Positions 1 to 8,303 of a stretch of DNA of 46,710 nt are shown here, piece after piece (within the stretch, counting starts at the first letter, position 1; each line of letters starts with the position of its first letter). The notes below the pieces were generated by a model, which was not told the origin of the DNA, ran no database searches, and was given only the letters and a program-made list of their open reading frames with translations. This stretch comes from a virus (Duplodnaviria > Caudoviricetes): positions 1-46,710 of the IMG/VR virus record IMGVR_UViG_3300047277_000078, one strand, 5' to 3'. Both the position numbers and the translations under genes were made by a program.

Positions 1-127
<127 letters not shown>

Positions 128-141
128 TTCGTGGGATAGCA

Positions 142-215
142 AGGTACTACGAGAGGTCCCTATTGAATGCGTATAAGTACCACGTACACATCGTAAAAAT
201 ATAAAATTTTTTTCA
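142..215 (+). other. Candidate lambda-type cos site (cosQ-like AGGTACT, 18 nt, cosN-like dyad, then A/T tract)
   Basis: AGGTACT-(18 nt)-ATGCG|TATAAGTACCA|CGTA...AAAATTTT parallels lambda GGGTCCT-(18 nt)-TTACG|GGGCGGCGACCT|CGCG...AAAATTTT. The phage encodes a GpA-type terminase. Inference only. Confidence 0.3.
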
Positions 216-413
216 GCAAACTGGGTTTATTAAGTAAAATTCATACATACTAAGAAAATATCCCAAAAAATCACTAATAAAAGTTGATAATCAGGTTATT
301 TCTATATACTATAGTTTAGAAACTTTATCTCTTATAAGTTATTTCTATATAATAGAGCAAAAGTCTACAGTTATAAGTATATTTACAAGAGGTATTTAAA
401 GTTACTCTGCTTC

Positions 414-680
414 TTATTTTACTTTTATAGAAAAAGTATATCCGTTACCGTCAGCTCCCCATACATGTATGTTATTTATTATATATAATTTATTAGTTAG
501 ATTTAATTCCTCAGCTATAAGTTTTATTTTTGTAAGTAACTTCTTGTTATTTTTGTATTTAAATAGAGTAAGTAGGGTTTTTTCTGGAATGTTTATATTA
601 TAGTTATCTTCTTGGCTGGTATATGGGGTAAGGAGATTAGATAGTATAGAGGTGGCTGTTGAGTTATTGTGTATAGTCAT
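414..680 (-). CDS. Hypothetical protein (88 aa)
   Basis: ORF co-oriented with the rep operon; no recognisable motif. Confidence 0.55.
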   Translation of the reverse strand: MTIHNNSTATSILSNLLTPYTSQEDNYNINIPEKTLLTLFKYKNNKKLLTKIKLIAEELNLTNKLYIINNIHVWGADGNGYTFSIKVK

Positions 681-792
681 AGGTTTATTGGTCGAGGTAG
701 TTAGGGTAAGCTATTAATGTTATGTATTACACTAATCTGGGCAAAGTGACCACCTTTTTAGATGAGATGGGCATTTTATTTTTAAATATTGC

Positions 793-1317
793 TTATAAAT
801 CAGTAATTTGTGTTATATATTTATACCCTCTGACGGTTCGCTTTAATATAGTATCTAGTTTACTTAATTCATATATAGTAAATATATGGTAATTTAATTG
901 CTTTCCTAAGGTATTTATATCTTTTAAAGTATGGTAAGTATCGTTAGAAGTATCGTTAGAAGTATCGTTAGAAGTATCGTTAGAAGTAAGTTTTTCTATT
1001 ATTGTAATTAATTCTAGTTTTCTACTTGTAGGTATAGAATCTTCCTGACTGGGTTTAATTACTATATTAACTTGTTTATCATACCAACCTATTGTATTAA
1101 ATTCCTCTGGATAGCGTTCTCTTACTAAATTAATTACAGTATTTATATTATTTTGTGCTGTTATTAAGGGTATATAGCCATTTTTAAACTGGTTTTTAAT
1201 TAAAGTTAGTTCTGGTCTTACATGGTTATATGCTTTCTTAGTACCATGTTTAGATTGAAGTATCTTAGCTATAGGTAATTTATTTAATAAATCTTCTCTA
1301 GTTACTTTATATGTCAT
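793..1317 (-). CDS. Hypothetical protein coupled to rep, containing a (TSND)4 repeat
   Basis: Start overlaps the rep stop by 11 nt; basic 174-aa protein. Confidence 0.75.
   Translation of the reverse strand: MTYKVTREDLLNKLPIAKILQSKHGTKKAYNHVRPELTLIKNQFKNGYIPLITAQNNINTVINLVRERYPEEFNTIGWYDKQVNIVIKPSQEDSIPTSRKLELITIIEKLTSNDTSNDTSNDTSNDTYHTLKDINTLGKQLNYHIFTIYELSKLDTILKRTVRGYKYITQITDL
936..988. repeat. 12-bp tandem repeat (AAGTATCGTTAG) x4.4, in frame
   Basis: Seen directly; encodes TSND repeats. Confidence 0.95.
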
Positions 1318-1972
1318 GACGAAACTCCACCCTGTCGCCTACTACTTTTGTTTTTAAATGTATTCCTAGTTTATTTCCTATATCTTTTAAGGTAGGTTGT
1401 AGTAGAGTTCTATTTAATTCTTTATATTCTTTATATTCTCCTTCTTGTACGTTAGCTTGTAGGCGTATATCGGCTTTAGTTATATAAAATACATCATTTT
1501 GGCCTAATTTCCATAAACTTTTATGTATTAGTAGGTATAGACTGTATCTTTTCTGACTTTTTATTGTACTTGTTATGGGATCTATAGTTATGAAAGTACC
1601 GCTACGCATATTTCCGCTTATATAAGGTATGAATTTTCTATTCCAGTTTATTTTTACTATATAGGGGTCATCGGTGTAGATAACTTCATAGACTAGGCTT
1701 GTATTTATTTTATAGCCATTAGATAGGTCTAGGGTAAAACTTGTATCTCTAAGTTTATTCGCTATTGATAATACTTGGTTATAGGATTTTTTTAAAGTGA
1801 TTCCGCAAAGTGAGGCGTAAAGATGTAAATCTACGGGTATATATTGCTCGTCAGTGAATTTTTCTCGTTGGTCGATCCGTAGCAAGCTGCTATTTATGAA
1901 TCGGCTGTCACATAAGTCTAAATCTTTGAATAATGGTATGGTGTCATGATGTAATTTTACGGTGTTACTCAT
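1307..1972 (-). CDS. rep: Plasmid-type replication initiator, Rep_3 (winged-helix) family
   Basis: The C-terminal IKSQKRYSLYLLI...ITKADIR...YKEYKELNRTLLQPTLKDI resembles Rep_3 WH2. Start reassigned from 2044 to ATG 1972 (MSNTVKL), preceded by RBS TAGGAG. Confidence 0.8.
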   Translation of the reverse strand: MSNTVKLHHDTIPLFKDLDLCDSRFINSSLLRIDQREKFTDEQYIPVDLHLYASLCGITLKKSYNQVLSIANKLRDTSFTLDLSNGYKINTSLVYEVIYTDDPYIVKINWNRKFIPYISGNMRSGTFITIDPITSTIKSQKRYSLYLLIHKSLWKLGQNDVFYITKADIRLQANVQEGEYKEYKELNRTLLQPTLKDIGNKLGIHLKTKVVGDRVEFRHDI

Positions 1973-2021
1973 TTTATCTCCTATTGGTGGAGGGGGTATT
2001 ATAGCAAAAAAGGTGTATGGA

Positions 2022-2051
2022 ATTCTAGCTGTTTTTATGCCCATTTTTCAA
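2022..2051 (-). promoter_or_regulatory. Putative sigma70 promoter of rep (TTGAAA-18-TAGAAT)
   Basis: Consensus-like boxes lying between the iterons and an inverted half-iteron. Confidence 0.45.
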
Positions 2052-2056
2052 TATCT

Positions 2057-2097
2057 GGAAAAAACCTACACCTTTATGGGAAAAAACCTACACCTTT
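2057..2097 (+). repeat. Iteron-like direct repeats GGAAAAAACCTACACCTTT x2, 22-bp period
   Basis: Copies at 2057-2075 and 2079-2097; inverted half-site AAAGGTGTA at about 2009-2017; adjacent to rep. Confidence 0.75.
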
Positions 2098-2261
2098 TTC
2101 GACTTAAGTTATTGAAATGTATTGGGAATTTCGTGTACTACTGTAGAGATAGAATCAAGAGCATAAGATCAAAAGCATATAAGTGAATAGGTGTGATAAG
2201 TGGCTGCGCCTGATAATATATATATATATATAAAGTAGATAATTAATTAATTTATATATCA

Positions 2262-2303
2262 GCACGGCGTATACTAAGCGTAGCGTGTAAAGCAGCCGTG
2301 CGG
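2262..2303 (+). other. Conserved hairpin element C1 (candidate ssi/sso)
   Basis: GCACGGC-GTATACTAAG-C GTA G-CGTGTAAAGCA-GCCGTGC-GG; inverted homologue at 3658-3710. Confidence 0.6.
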
Positions 2304-2498
2304 CATCACTTATTTATATACTCTACTATAATTAATAGATATATAAATAAAGTATATAAATAGATATATATATATATATAAATAGATATATAAAGCCTCT
2401 ACCGCTCTACGATATAAGTATAATTAATATAGATATATATATAATATATAATATAAGTAAGTAAGTAGTTAAATTAATATAGATAGATAGATAGATAG

Positions 2499-3130
2499 TA
2501 CCTCTCCCTGCTGTCGTTAATATAAATAGATATAATTAAGTAAGTAGATATAATTAAGTAAGTAAATAGATAGCTACTTTAATAAATAGATAATTGACGC
2601 TAAATTAGCTCTAAATAGGATAACTATAGCGATAAATAGGTAAATTTGACGAAAATTGTCATAAATTGACTTTAAATTTAAATTAATAGGACATTAGAAT
2701 GGAATTTTAGCTAGATTTAATGAGTAAATTTATAACTTATAGCTTACTTTAAATAGATAAATAAGTAAGTAGATAGATAAATAAGTAGAGCTGGCTTAGT
2801 ATAAGCGGATTGGGTTATATATAAATATAAATAAATAGATAATATAACTTAGAATAAATATAGATATAAATATATTAGTTATTAAATATATAATACCTCT
2901 CGCTACTCTCGTTAAATATATAGATGAAGTAATATATATATAGATGAATTAATAAATAATATATATAAATAGATGAATAATATATAAATAGATGAATATA
3001 TAGATTAAATATATATATTGCTTGGTACAAGCGGATTGGGCTATACTTTATAATATATAATACTGTACCGATAAATATAGATAAATTAAGTTAAATTATA
3101 GATAAATCTACCTCTCGCTACCCTCGATAA
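2499..3130 (-). repeat. Dispersed repeat A (TTAWCGA-S-R-GNA-G-S-GAGAGGTA), 3 good copies
   Basis: Copies at 2499-2520, 2894-2915 and 3109-3130; degenerate copies at 2395-2413 and 3309-3324. Confidence 0.8.
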
Positions 3131-3416
3131 TCAATTAAATATATAATTTAAGTATAAATTAAGTTAATATATATATATTAAGTATAAATTAAGTTAATAT
3201 ATATATATTAAGTATAAATTAAGTTTAAATATAGTTTATTTAATTATTGCTCAGAATGAGCGGATTGGGATATATTTATATTTAATAAACTTATAAATAT
3301 AAATTAAGTATCTCTGCGCTAGCTAATTTATGTAAGCAATTAATTACATTAAGTATAAATTAATTAATTAGATATAAGTTTATTATTTAATTATTGCCTA
3401 GAATAGGCGGATTGGC
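2794..3416 (+). repeat. Dispersed repeat B: 5-bp stem, GNA loop, then GGATTGG, 4 copies
   Basis: 2794 GCTTA-GTA-TAAGC, 3020 GCTTG-GTA-CAAGC, 3249 GCTCA-GAA-TGAGC, 3396 GCCTA-GAA-TAGGC; each followed by GGATTGG. Confidence 0.9.
3148..3225. repeat. 30-bp AT-rich tandem repeat x2.6
   Basis: TTAAGTATAAATTAAGTTAATATATATATA repeated. Confidence 0.85.
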
Positions 3417-3657
3417 CTGAATTAGCTTGAATATTATTTAAATTAAGTTATTTAATTATATATATAAATGATAATCGCCAATGCCTGAGATACTTCGTAT
3501 CACGCCATAATGCCGATTATCTAAGTAAATAAGTGAATATATATATTTATAATTTATACTCTAGTTATATATCTATTTATATTAAGTAATTACCGAGTGT
3601 AACGAGTATAATTACCAAAGAATTTAATTTATAATTATAATTTATATATATATAAGT

Positions 3658-3710
3658 CCGCTCATGAGCTGCTTTACACGTCACTACGTTCCTTAGTATA
3701 CGCTCATGGC
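3658..3710 (-). other. Conserved hairpin element C2 (inverted homologue of C1)
   Basis: Minus strand: GC-CATGAGC-GTATACTAAG-GAAC GTA GTGA-CGTGTAAAGCA-GCTCATG-AGCGG. Confidence 0.6.
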
Positions 3711-3903
3711 TAAATAAGTAAGTAGATAAATTAGAAGGAGGGGTTAGAGCCAAAGGCTCATAAATCATTGATTAATAAAGGTTAAAAAGTCGGCTATAAA
3801 AACTCTAAAGATACTTTACTCTTTCTACTTTTAAGACTAAAGAATTATTGACAGAACCAGTTAAAGGTAGATTGGTTATAGAAAGTTTAGATGGAGAAAT
3901 TGG

Positions 3904-3959
3904 TGAGTTTAGAGAGTAGATGTTGAATGAGTTTAGAGAGTAGATGTTGAATGAGTTTA
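3904..3959. repeat. 24-bp tandem repeat TGAGTTTAGAGAGTAGATGTTGAA x2.3
   Basis: Seen directly. Confidence 0.85.
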
Positions 3960-4146
3960 AGAGGCTAGGCTGGTTAGTAGGTGGATGGCGTAGTGAAGTT
4001 AAGGAAGCTTGGGAAATAAATAAAGTATTATAAAGAATATAAATATCTAAATAAATATATATATATAGTATAAAAGAACTAGCCGAACTAGAAATAGTAT
4101 CTATACGACTAGAAGTTTTTAAGGTTAATGGGGTAAGGTAGAGGTT

Positions 4147-4383
4147 TTAAGGTATTGAGGGTGAGGTTAGAGGGATAAAGGGTTGTTGTAGTATAGTCAT
4201 AACTTCTTCGTCAGTTTTACCTATAAAGTTATCTATTAAAACACCATCAACCACAGAATATCTAGGAGAAAAAGTAGATTGCCCTTCGGCTAAGTCAAAA
4301 ACAGCTAGATAACCAAGTAATGTATCCGTACCATTACTATCTATTGTAATTAAATGATTGTCTTCTAATTGGTATAATTTCAT
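4147..4383 (-). CDS. Small protein after the fibre gene, possible fibre chaperone
   Basis: Position directly downstream of the fibre gene; acidic 78-aa protein. Confidence 0.55.
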   Translation of the reverse strand: MKLYQLEDNHLITIDSNGTDTLLGYLAVFDLAEGQSTFSPRYSVVDGVLIDNFIGKTDEEVMTILQQPFIPLTSPSIP

Positions 4384-4398
4384 TCTAAGTTACCTATA

Positions 4399-6723
4399 CT
4401 AAATTGATTGATTTATTGCGAACTCTAAACAAACCATACGCTTAAATGGTATATTTTTTACTGCATCATAGTCATTACTATTACATACTAAAGTTATTCT
4501 ATTATTTTCTATTAATGTAGCATTATAAGCTGAACTAACTGTAGTATTTATTGGTAAAGATATTGTAGAATGGTATTTAACAACACCTAAAGGGAAACAC
4601 TGAAATAACGCATAGCTATTATTGGTAACAGCTACAGTAGTTGCTGCTGTAGGGTACGCTATAGATATAAGTACCCAGCCACTACCTGTAACTAATATAC
4701 TTGTACCTATTGTTAGATTTAATAGCTCACCATTAGGATATGTAAGACCAGAAAAGTCTAAACCACCCTCAGTATTATTTTTATAAGAAATTATACCTGA
4801 ATAGGCTGCGCTAGGATTACCATGAGCAACAAGAAAACATTCCCTAGAATTATTAGGGAAAAAATCAGGTAAGATCGACCAAATACCTGTAATATTTTTT
4901 GCTGATGTAGTATATGTATTTAATGTTATAGCAGTAGAAGTAGTGGTAGTATCTATATACATATTTATAATTTTAATATAATTATTTAATCCTTGAAATA
5001 TATACTGAAATTTCCCTGGCCCTATAGAACGTAAATTATGTCTAGTAGGCATTTGCCCCAATGTTAATGTAGTATTTAATGTTATAGCATTAGCACCATC
5101 TAACTGTTTAGATGTTAAAAGTTCATGTGATAAGGTATTACTTGGTAAACAACCTTTTACACAAATAGCCCTCATAAAGTTGCCTGTTTGTGCTGCTACA
5201 ATCATACAAATATCAGGGTCTATATCTGGGACAATAGTAATAACTTTAGCTGTACCTAAATATAATAAAGTAGCTGCTTCTAATACTAGAGTAGTAACTA
5301 CAGACGTAGGTGGGCTAACAGAAGGTGTTATAACAAATTTGGTAATAGCTATATCTGAGGCTGTTGCTACTGTAGTTTGTACTACGACAAAACTAGCTGA
5401 AGTTATTGGTGTAAAATCTAATGAACCTAGTGTACCAAGTAAAGCTGTAGTAGCTGCCGTACCTACACTAATAACCCCAGATATACTTATAGTTACCACA
5501 GAAAAAGATACTATAGTAGCTGCAACAGTTGTTTTTGTAACTACAAATAACCCCGGGCTTTCTGCTAGTTGTTTAACTCCAGGAGAACCTTCAATACCAG
5601 TTCTACCAGAAGCAGTAAAAGCCGATAAACTAGAACTAAGGGTAGTAATAGCTGTTCCTGTGATATACAATGTATATATATCCGTACCAGTAAAAATACC
5701 TATAACATTAGGAGCCACTTTAGCAACTAATTGTATTACTGAATTAGCCGGAGTAAATATAAATGGTGAAGCTTGATTTAACGCTGGTAGGGTATCAAAG
5801 GCAGGCCCGTCATCAGCCCTATTCTCATGTACAAGACATATAAAAGTACTATTAGCGGTTAAAGCTAAAGAAAATATTCTTGAATCATCTAATTTTACAG
5901 TATATACAGGATTAACTCCAATAACATTATTATTTAAAATAGCCTCAGAATTTGGGATAAGAACTGAATTTTTTATAAATATAGGTTGTAAACCAGTACC
6001 AGAAATAGCCCAGTCACCTTCAAAATCTACTAATCCAGCTAATACAGCTCTACAAGTACCACCGGGAAGAACTGCTACAACTAATTTACCAAAAGTAGTT
6101 CTAATGGCTATAGTATACTCAGATGCGTTATGTATTGTAAAACCATCAGAATAACTTAAAGGTGCTACACCAGCAGGAAGAAATACAGAAGCATAGCTCC
6201 TAGCAGCAGAGATCATTATAGTATTAGATGAGTTAGCTGCAAGGAATAGATCAAAAACTGCTAGATCATTAACTTGATTATACGATACGTCACGCCATAA
6301 AGCTATGGTACCGTCATTAGATACTATTTTATCTTTAGTAGTTTCACTTATTAGAGGTACACCAGTACCCCCAGCAGCTAGTATTAACCAAGAATCTGCA
6401 TCATTAAATAAATCGTCAGCTATACTTATACTTCCTGATATAAATACCTTTTGTGCAATCCAGGAACTAGATCCATCTGTTACAATATCCTGTGGTAAAT
6501 ATTCTTTACTTGGTATCCAAGAGCCAGTCCAGCGCAATCCGGCGGCCATTAGTGACCAATAGACAACATTAGTAGGATGTATCCCTGAACTAACAGATAT
6601 ATTAGTATAACAATAGGAATTTCCGCCATAAGTTACTATATCATTATAGCTATAAGTAACTGCACCAGAATACTCTCCTAAAAAAGTAAGTCTAAGTTTT
6701 CCTAAATCAATTATTTGTGCCAT
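4399..6723 (-). CDS. Tail fibre / receptor-binding protein with N-terminal carbohydrate-binding-like repeats
   Basis: Two GxY/W...Y..xDIVTxGG/SxSY/W...W repeats typical of phage fibre N-termini, followed by a beta-rich body. Confidence 0.7.
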   Translation of the reverse strand: MAQIIDLGKLRLTFLGEYSGAVTYSYNDIVTYGGNSYCYTNISVSSGIHPTNVVYWSLMAAGLRWTGSWIPSKEYLPQDIVTDGSSSWIAQKVFISGSISIADDLFNDADSWLILAAGGTGVPLISETTKDKIVSNDGTIALWRDVSYNQVNDLAVFDLFLAANSSNTIMISAARSYASVFLPAGVAPLSYSDGFTIHNASEYTIAIRTTFGKLVVAVLPGGTCRAVLAGLVDFEGDWAISGTGLQPIFIKNSVLIPNSEAILNNNVIGVNPVYTVKLDDSRIFSLALTANSTFICLVHENRADDGPAFDTLPALNQASPFIFTPANSVIQLVAKVAPNVIGIFTGTDIYTLYITGTAITTLSSSLSAFTASGRTGIEGSPGVKQLAESPGLFVVTKTTVAATIVSFSVVTISISGVISVGTAATTALLGTLGSLDFTPITSASFVVVQTTVATASDIAITKFVITPSVSPPTSVVTTLVLEAATLLYLGTAKVITIVPDIDPDICMIVAAQTGNFMRAICVKGCLPSNTLSHELLTSKQLDGANAITLNTTLTLGQMPTRHNLRSIGPGKFQYIFQGLNNYIKIINMYIDTTTTSTAITLNTYTTSAKNITGIWSILPDFFPNNSRECFLVAHGNPSAAYSGIISYKNNTEGGLDFSGLTYPNGELLNLTIGTSILVTGSGWVLISIAYPTAATTVAVTNNSYALFQCFPLGVVKYHSTISLPINTTVSSAYNATLIENNRITLVCNSNDYDAVKNIPFKRMVCLEFAINQSI

Positions 6724-6749
6724 TTTTAGTTTCTCTATCTAATATAATA

Positions 6750-7028
6750 TTAGTTTATCGTTAATAATAAATGCCCATTAGCAGCAAGTTCAAAGTTTAG
6801 TTTAGTTTTTGACCATAACCATTGTCTGTAATCATTAGGGTCCACTTGATAAGCATTAGGTAGAACTATAATACCATTACCATCAAATATTTCATCTATA
6901 AAAAGATTACTAGATTCTCGTTCTACTCTAAGCCCATAAAATATTTTAGTAGCTAACGTCTCATCTATTAAAATACCAGCTAAAGGTAAAGCTGCTGTTA
7001 TTGGTAGTAACTCTGTAATAGCTGTCAT
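6750..7028 (-). CDS. Hypothetical virion-associated protein
   Basis: Tightly packed operon ORF. Confidence 0.65.
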   Translation of the reverse strand: MTAITELLPITAALPLAGILIDETLATKIFYGLRVERESSNLFIDEIFDGNGIIVLPNAYQVDPNDYRQWLWSKTKLNFELAANGHLLLTIN

Positions 7029-7029
7029 A

Positions 7030-7374
7030 TTATAATAGAATTTGTTCTAAGTCTACGATATAGGAAATAACAAAATCTGCACTAGTTTCTAAAGAACTAT
7101 TTACAAGAATTATATCATCAGGAAGTAAAATTAATTTACCTTTTATAACGTCTATATTAGTTCCCACTTCTACAGGACATTTTTTAACAATATTAATTGT
7201 ACTTTGACTACTAACTCTAAATATAGTAACAGTTACATAAATAAGCATGTTAGCTACATTAGCTACATTTATTCCAGCACAAATAGCCGAAATAACCGAA
7301 GGAGGTAGCGTTGTAATTATAGTAGGCTCTACCCCAACTGATATTAAACTATCGCTTTTATATGTTATAGTCAT
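7030..7374 (-). CDS. Small beta-rich putative structural protein
   Basis: GINVANVAN...VTVTI...KLILLPDDIILV pattern seen in phage fibre-associated proteins. Confidence 0.65.
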   Translation of the reverse strand: MTITYKSDSLISVGVEPTIITTLPPSVISAICAGINVANVANMLIYVTVTIFRVSSQSTINIVKKCPVEVGTNIDVIKGKLILLPDDIILVNSSLETSADFVISYIVDLEQILL

Positions 7375-7375
7375 A

Positions 7376-7615
7376 TTAAGACATAAAATAAGTGAATAAA
7401 GGGTCTACCCCAGTATATGTTGGCGGATTGTATTTATTATATTCTGAAATAGCAAAAGTAATAGTAGCTGGAGACATAGACCGTAGTAGCTTTGACGTAC
7501 CCATAGACATTTCAGCGTTAGTAGCTTCTTTTGGTAAACTATCCTTAATATCCCCATCTAAAGGTAATTCATTTATAGTACCATCAATCTGGACTAAAGG
7601 TCTATACGAGGACAT
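7376..7615 (-). CDS. Small fibre-associated protein
   Basis: RPLVQIDGTINELPxxD and ATNAEMxxGT...MSP motifs typical of fibre repeats. Confidence 0.6.
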   Translation of the reverse strand: MSSYRPLVQIDGTINELPLDGDIKDSLPKEATNAEMSMGTSKLLRSMSPATITFAISEYNKYNPPTYTGVDPLFTYFMS

Positions 7616-8300
7616 CAGCAGCTAACACAATAACAGCACCAGACTGAAAGTTTAATGTCGTATTACTTGTAGCAAAACCGACTAATTGAACTATATTATT
7701 TGCATTAGTTGGTGCCGATGCTGTAGAAGTACCTGCTACTAGAGATAAAAACTGTTTCCCAGGAACTAAGCCAGATAACCCTGTACAAGTTCCTTCAAAA
7801 TATACTGTAGCAGATGCTGTATTAGTAAAACTATCTAATACAAATCCATGTGCTTCTTTACCTACTGTAGTAGCGTCAGCTTTTCTAACGTTAGCTACAC
7901 CAGAATTATTCCATATATTAACTAGATCACCACCAGATAAGTCTTCTGATGTAACAATTAAAGCTGTATCTGCACCAACGCCAGTAGGTAACATAGTAGA
8001 ATGAAGTTTACCTGCAGAATCTAGTGCAATAACTTTTCCAGCGTCATCCGCTCCAACTGAACTTTGTTTACTATTAACTAAAGTACTATCAAGAAATCCT
8101 TGTGCATTTAGTGCTGCTATTTTTCCACTATCGCCAACACCAGCAGAGGTAGTTTTAGAGTTAATAATTGTAGAATCTAAAATACCAGATACATTAAGGG
8201 AGGGTATTTTACCTGCATCAGGCGCACCCACGGAACTTGCCGGGGCAATACGTTCTGTTATAGTACCCCCATTATTAGTTAAATATTTATTTATAGCCAT
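7602..8300 (-). CDS. Putative structural/fibre protein with 3 internal repeats and a cement-like C-terminal domain
   Basis: SxGxxDxGKIxxLxxxGxLDST x3; C-terminal EDLSGGDLV...RKADA...AHGFV. Confidence 0.7.
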   Translation of the reverse strand: MAINKYLTNNGGTITERIAPASSVGAPDAGKIPSLNVSGILDSTIINSKTTSAGVGDSGKIAALNAQGFLDSTLVNSKQSSVGADDAGKVIALDSAGKLHSTMLPTGVGADTALIVTSEDLSGGDLVNIWNNSGVANVRKADATTVGKEAHGFVLDSFTNTASATVYFEGTCTGLSGLVPGKQFLSLVAGTSTASAPTNANNIVQLVGFATSNTTLNFQSGAVIVLAADVLV

Positions 8301-8303
8301 GAG

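Noticed and set aside
1962-2186. 74-aa plus-strand ORF, and the extended 2044 start of rep
   Set aside because: Both run through the rep promoter and iterons; the good RBS is at the 1972 start.
2794-3416. N4 virion RNA polymerase promoters (5-bp stem, 3-nt loop)
   Set aside because: The conserved flank lies 3' of the hairpin whereas the N4 start site lies 5' on the template, the closing pair is not fixed C:G, and no vRNAP gene is present in the window.
2395-3420. CRISPR array interpretation of the spaced repeats
   Set aside because: Spacers are 60-200 nt of low-complexity AT, repeats are short, covarying and alternate strands, and there are no cas genes.
3577-3768. 63-aa minus-strand ORF
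   Set aside because: Crosses hairpin C2 and AT microsatellite; no RBS or protein-like features.
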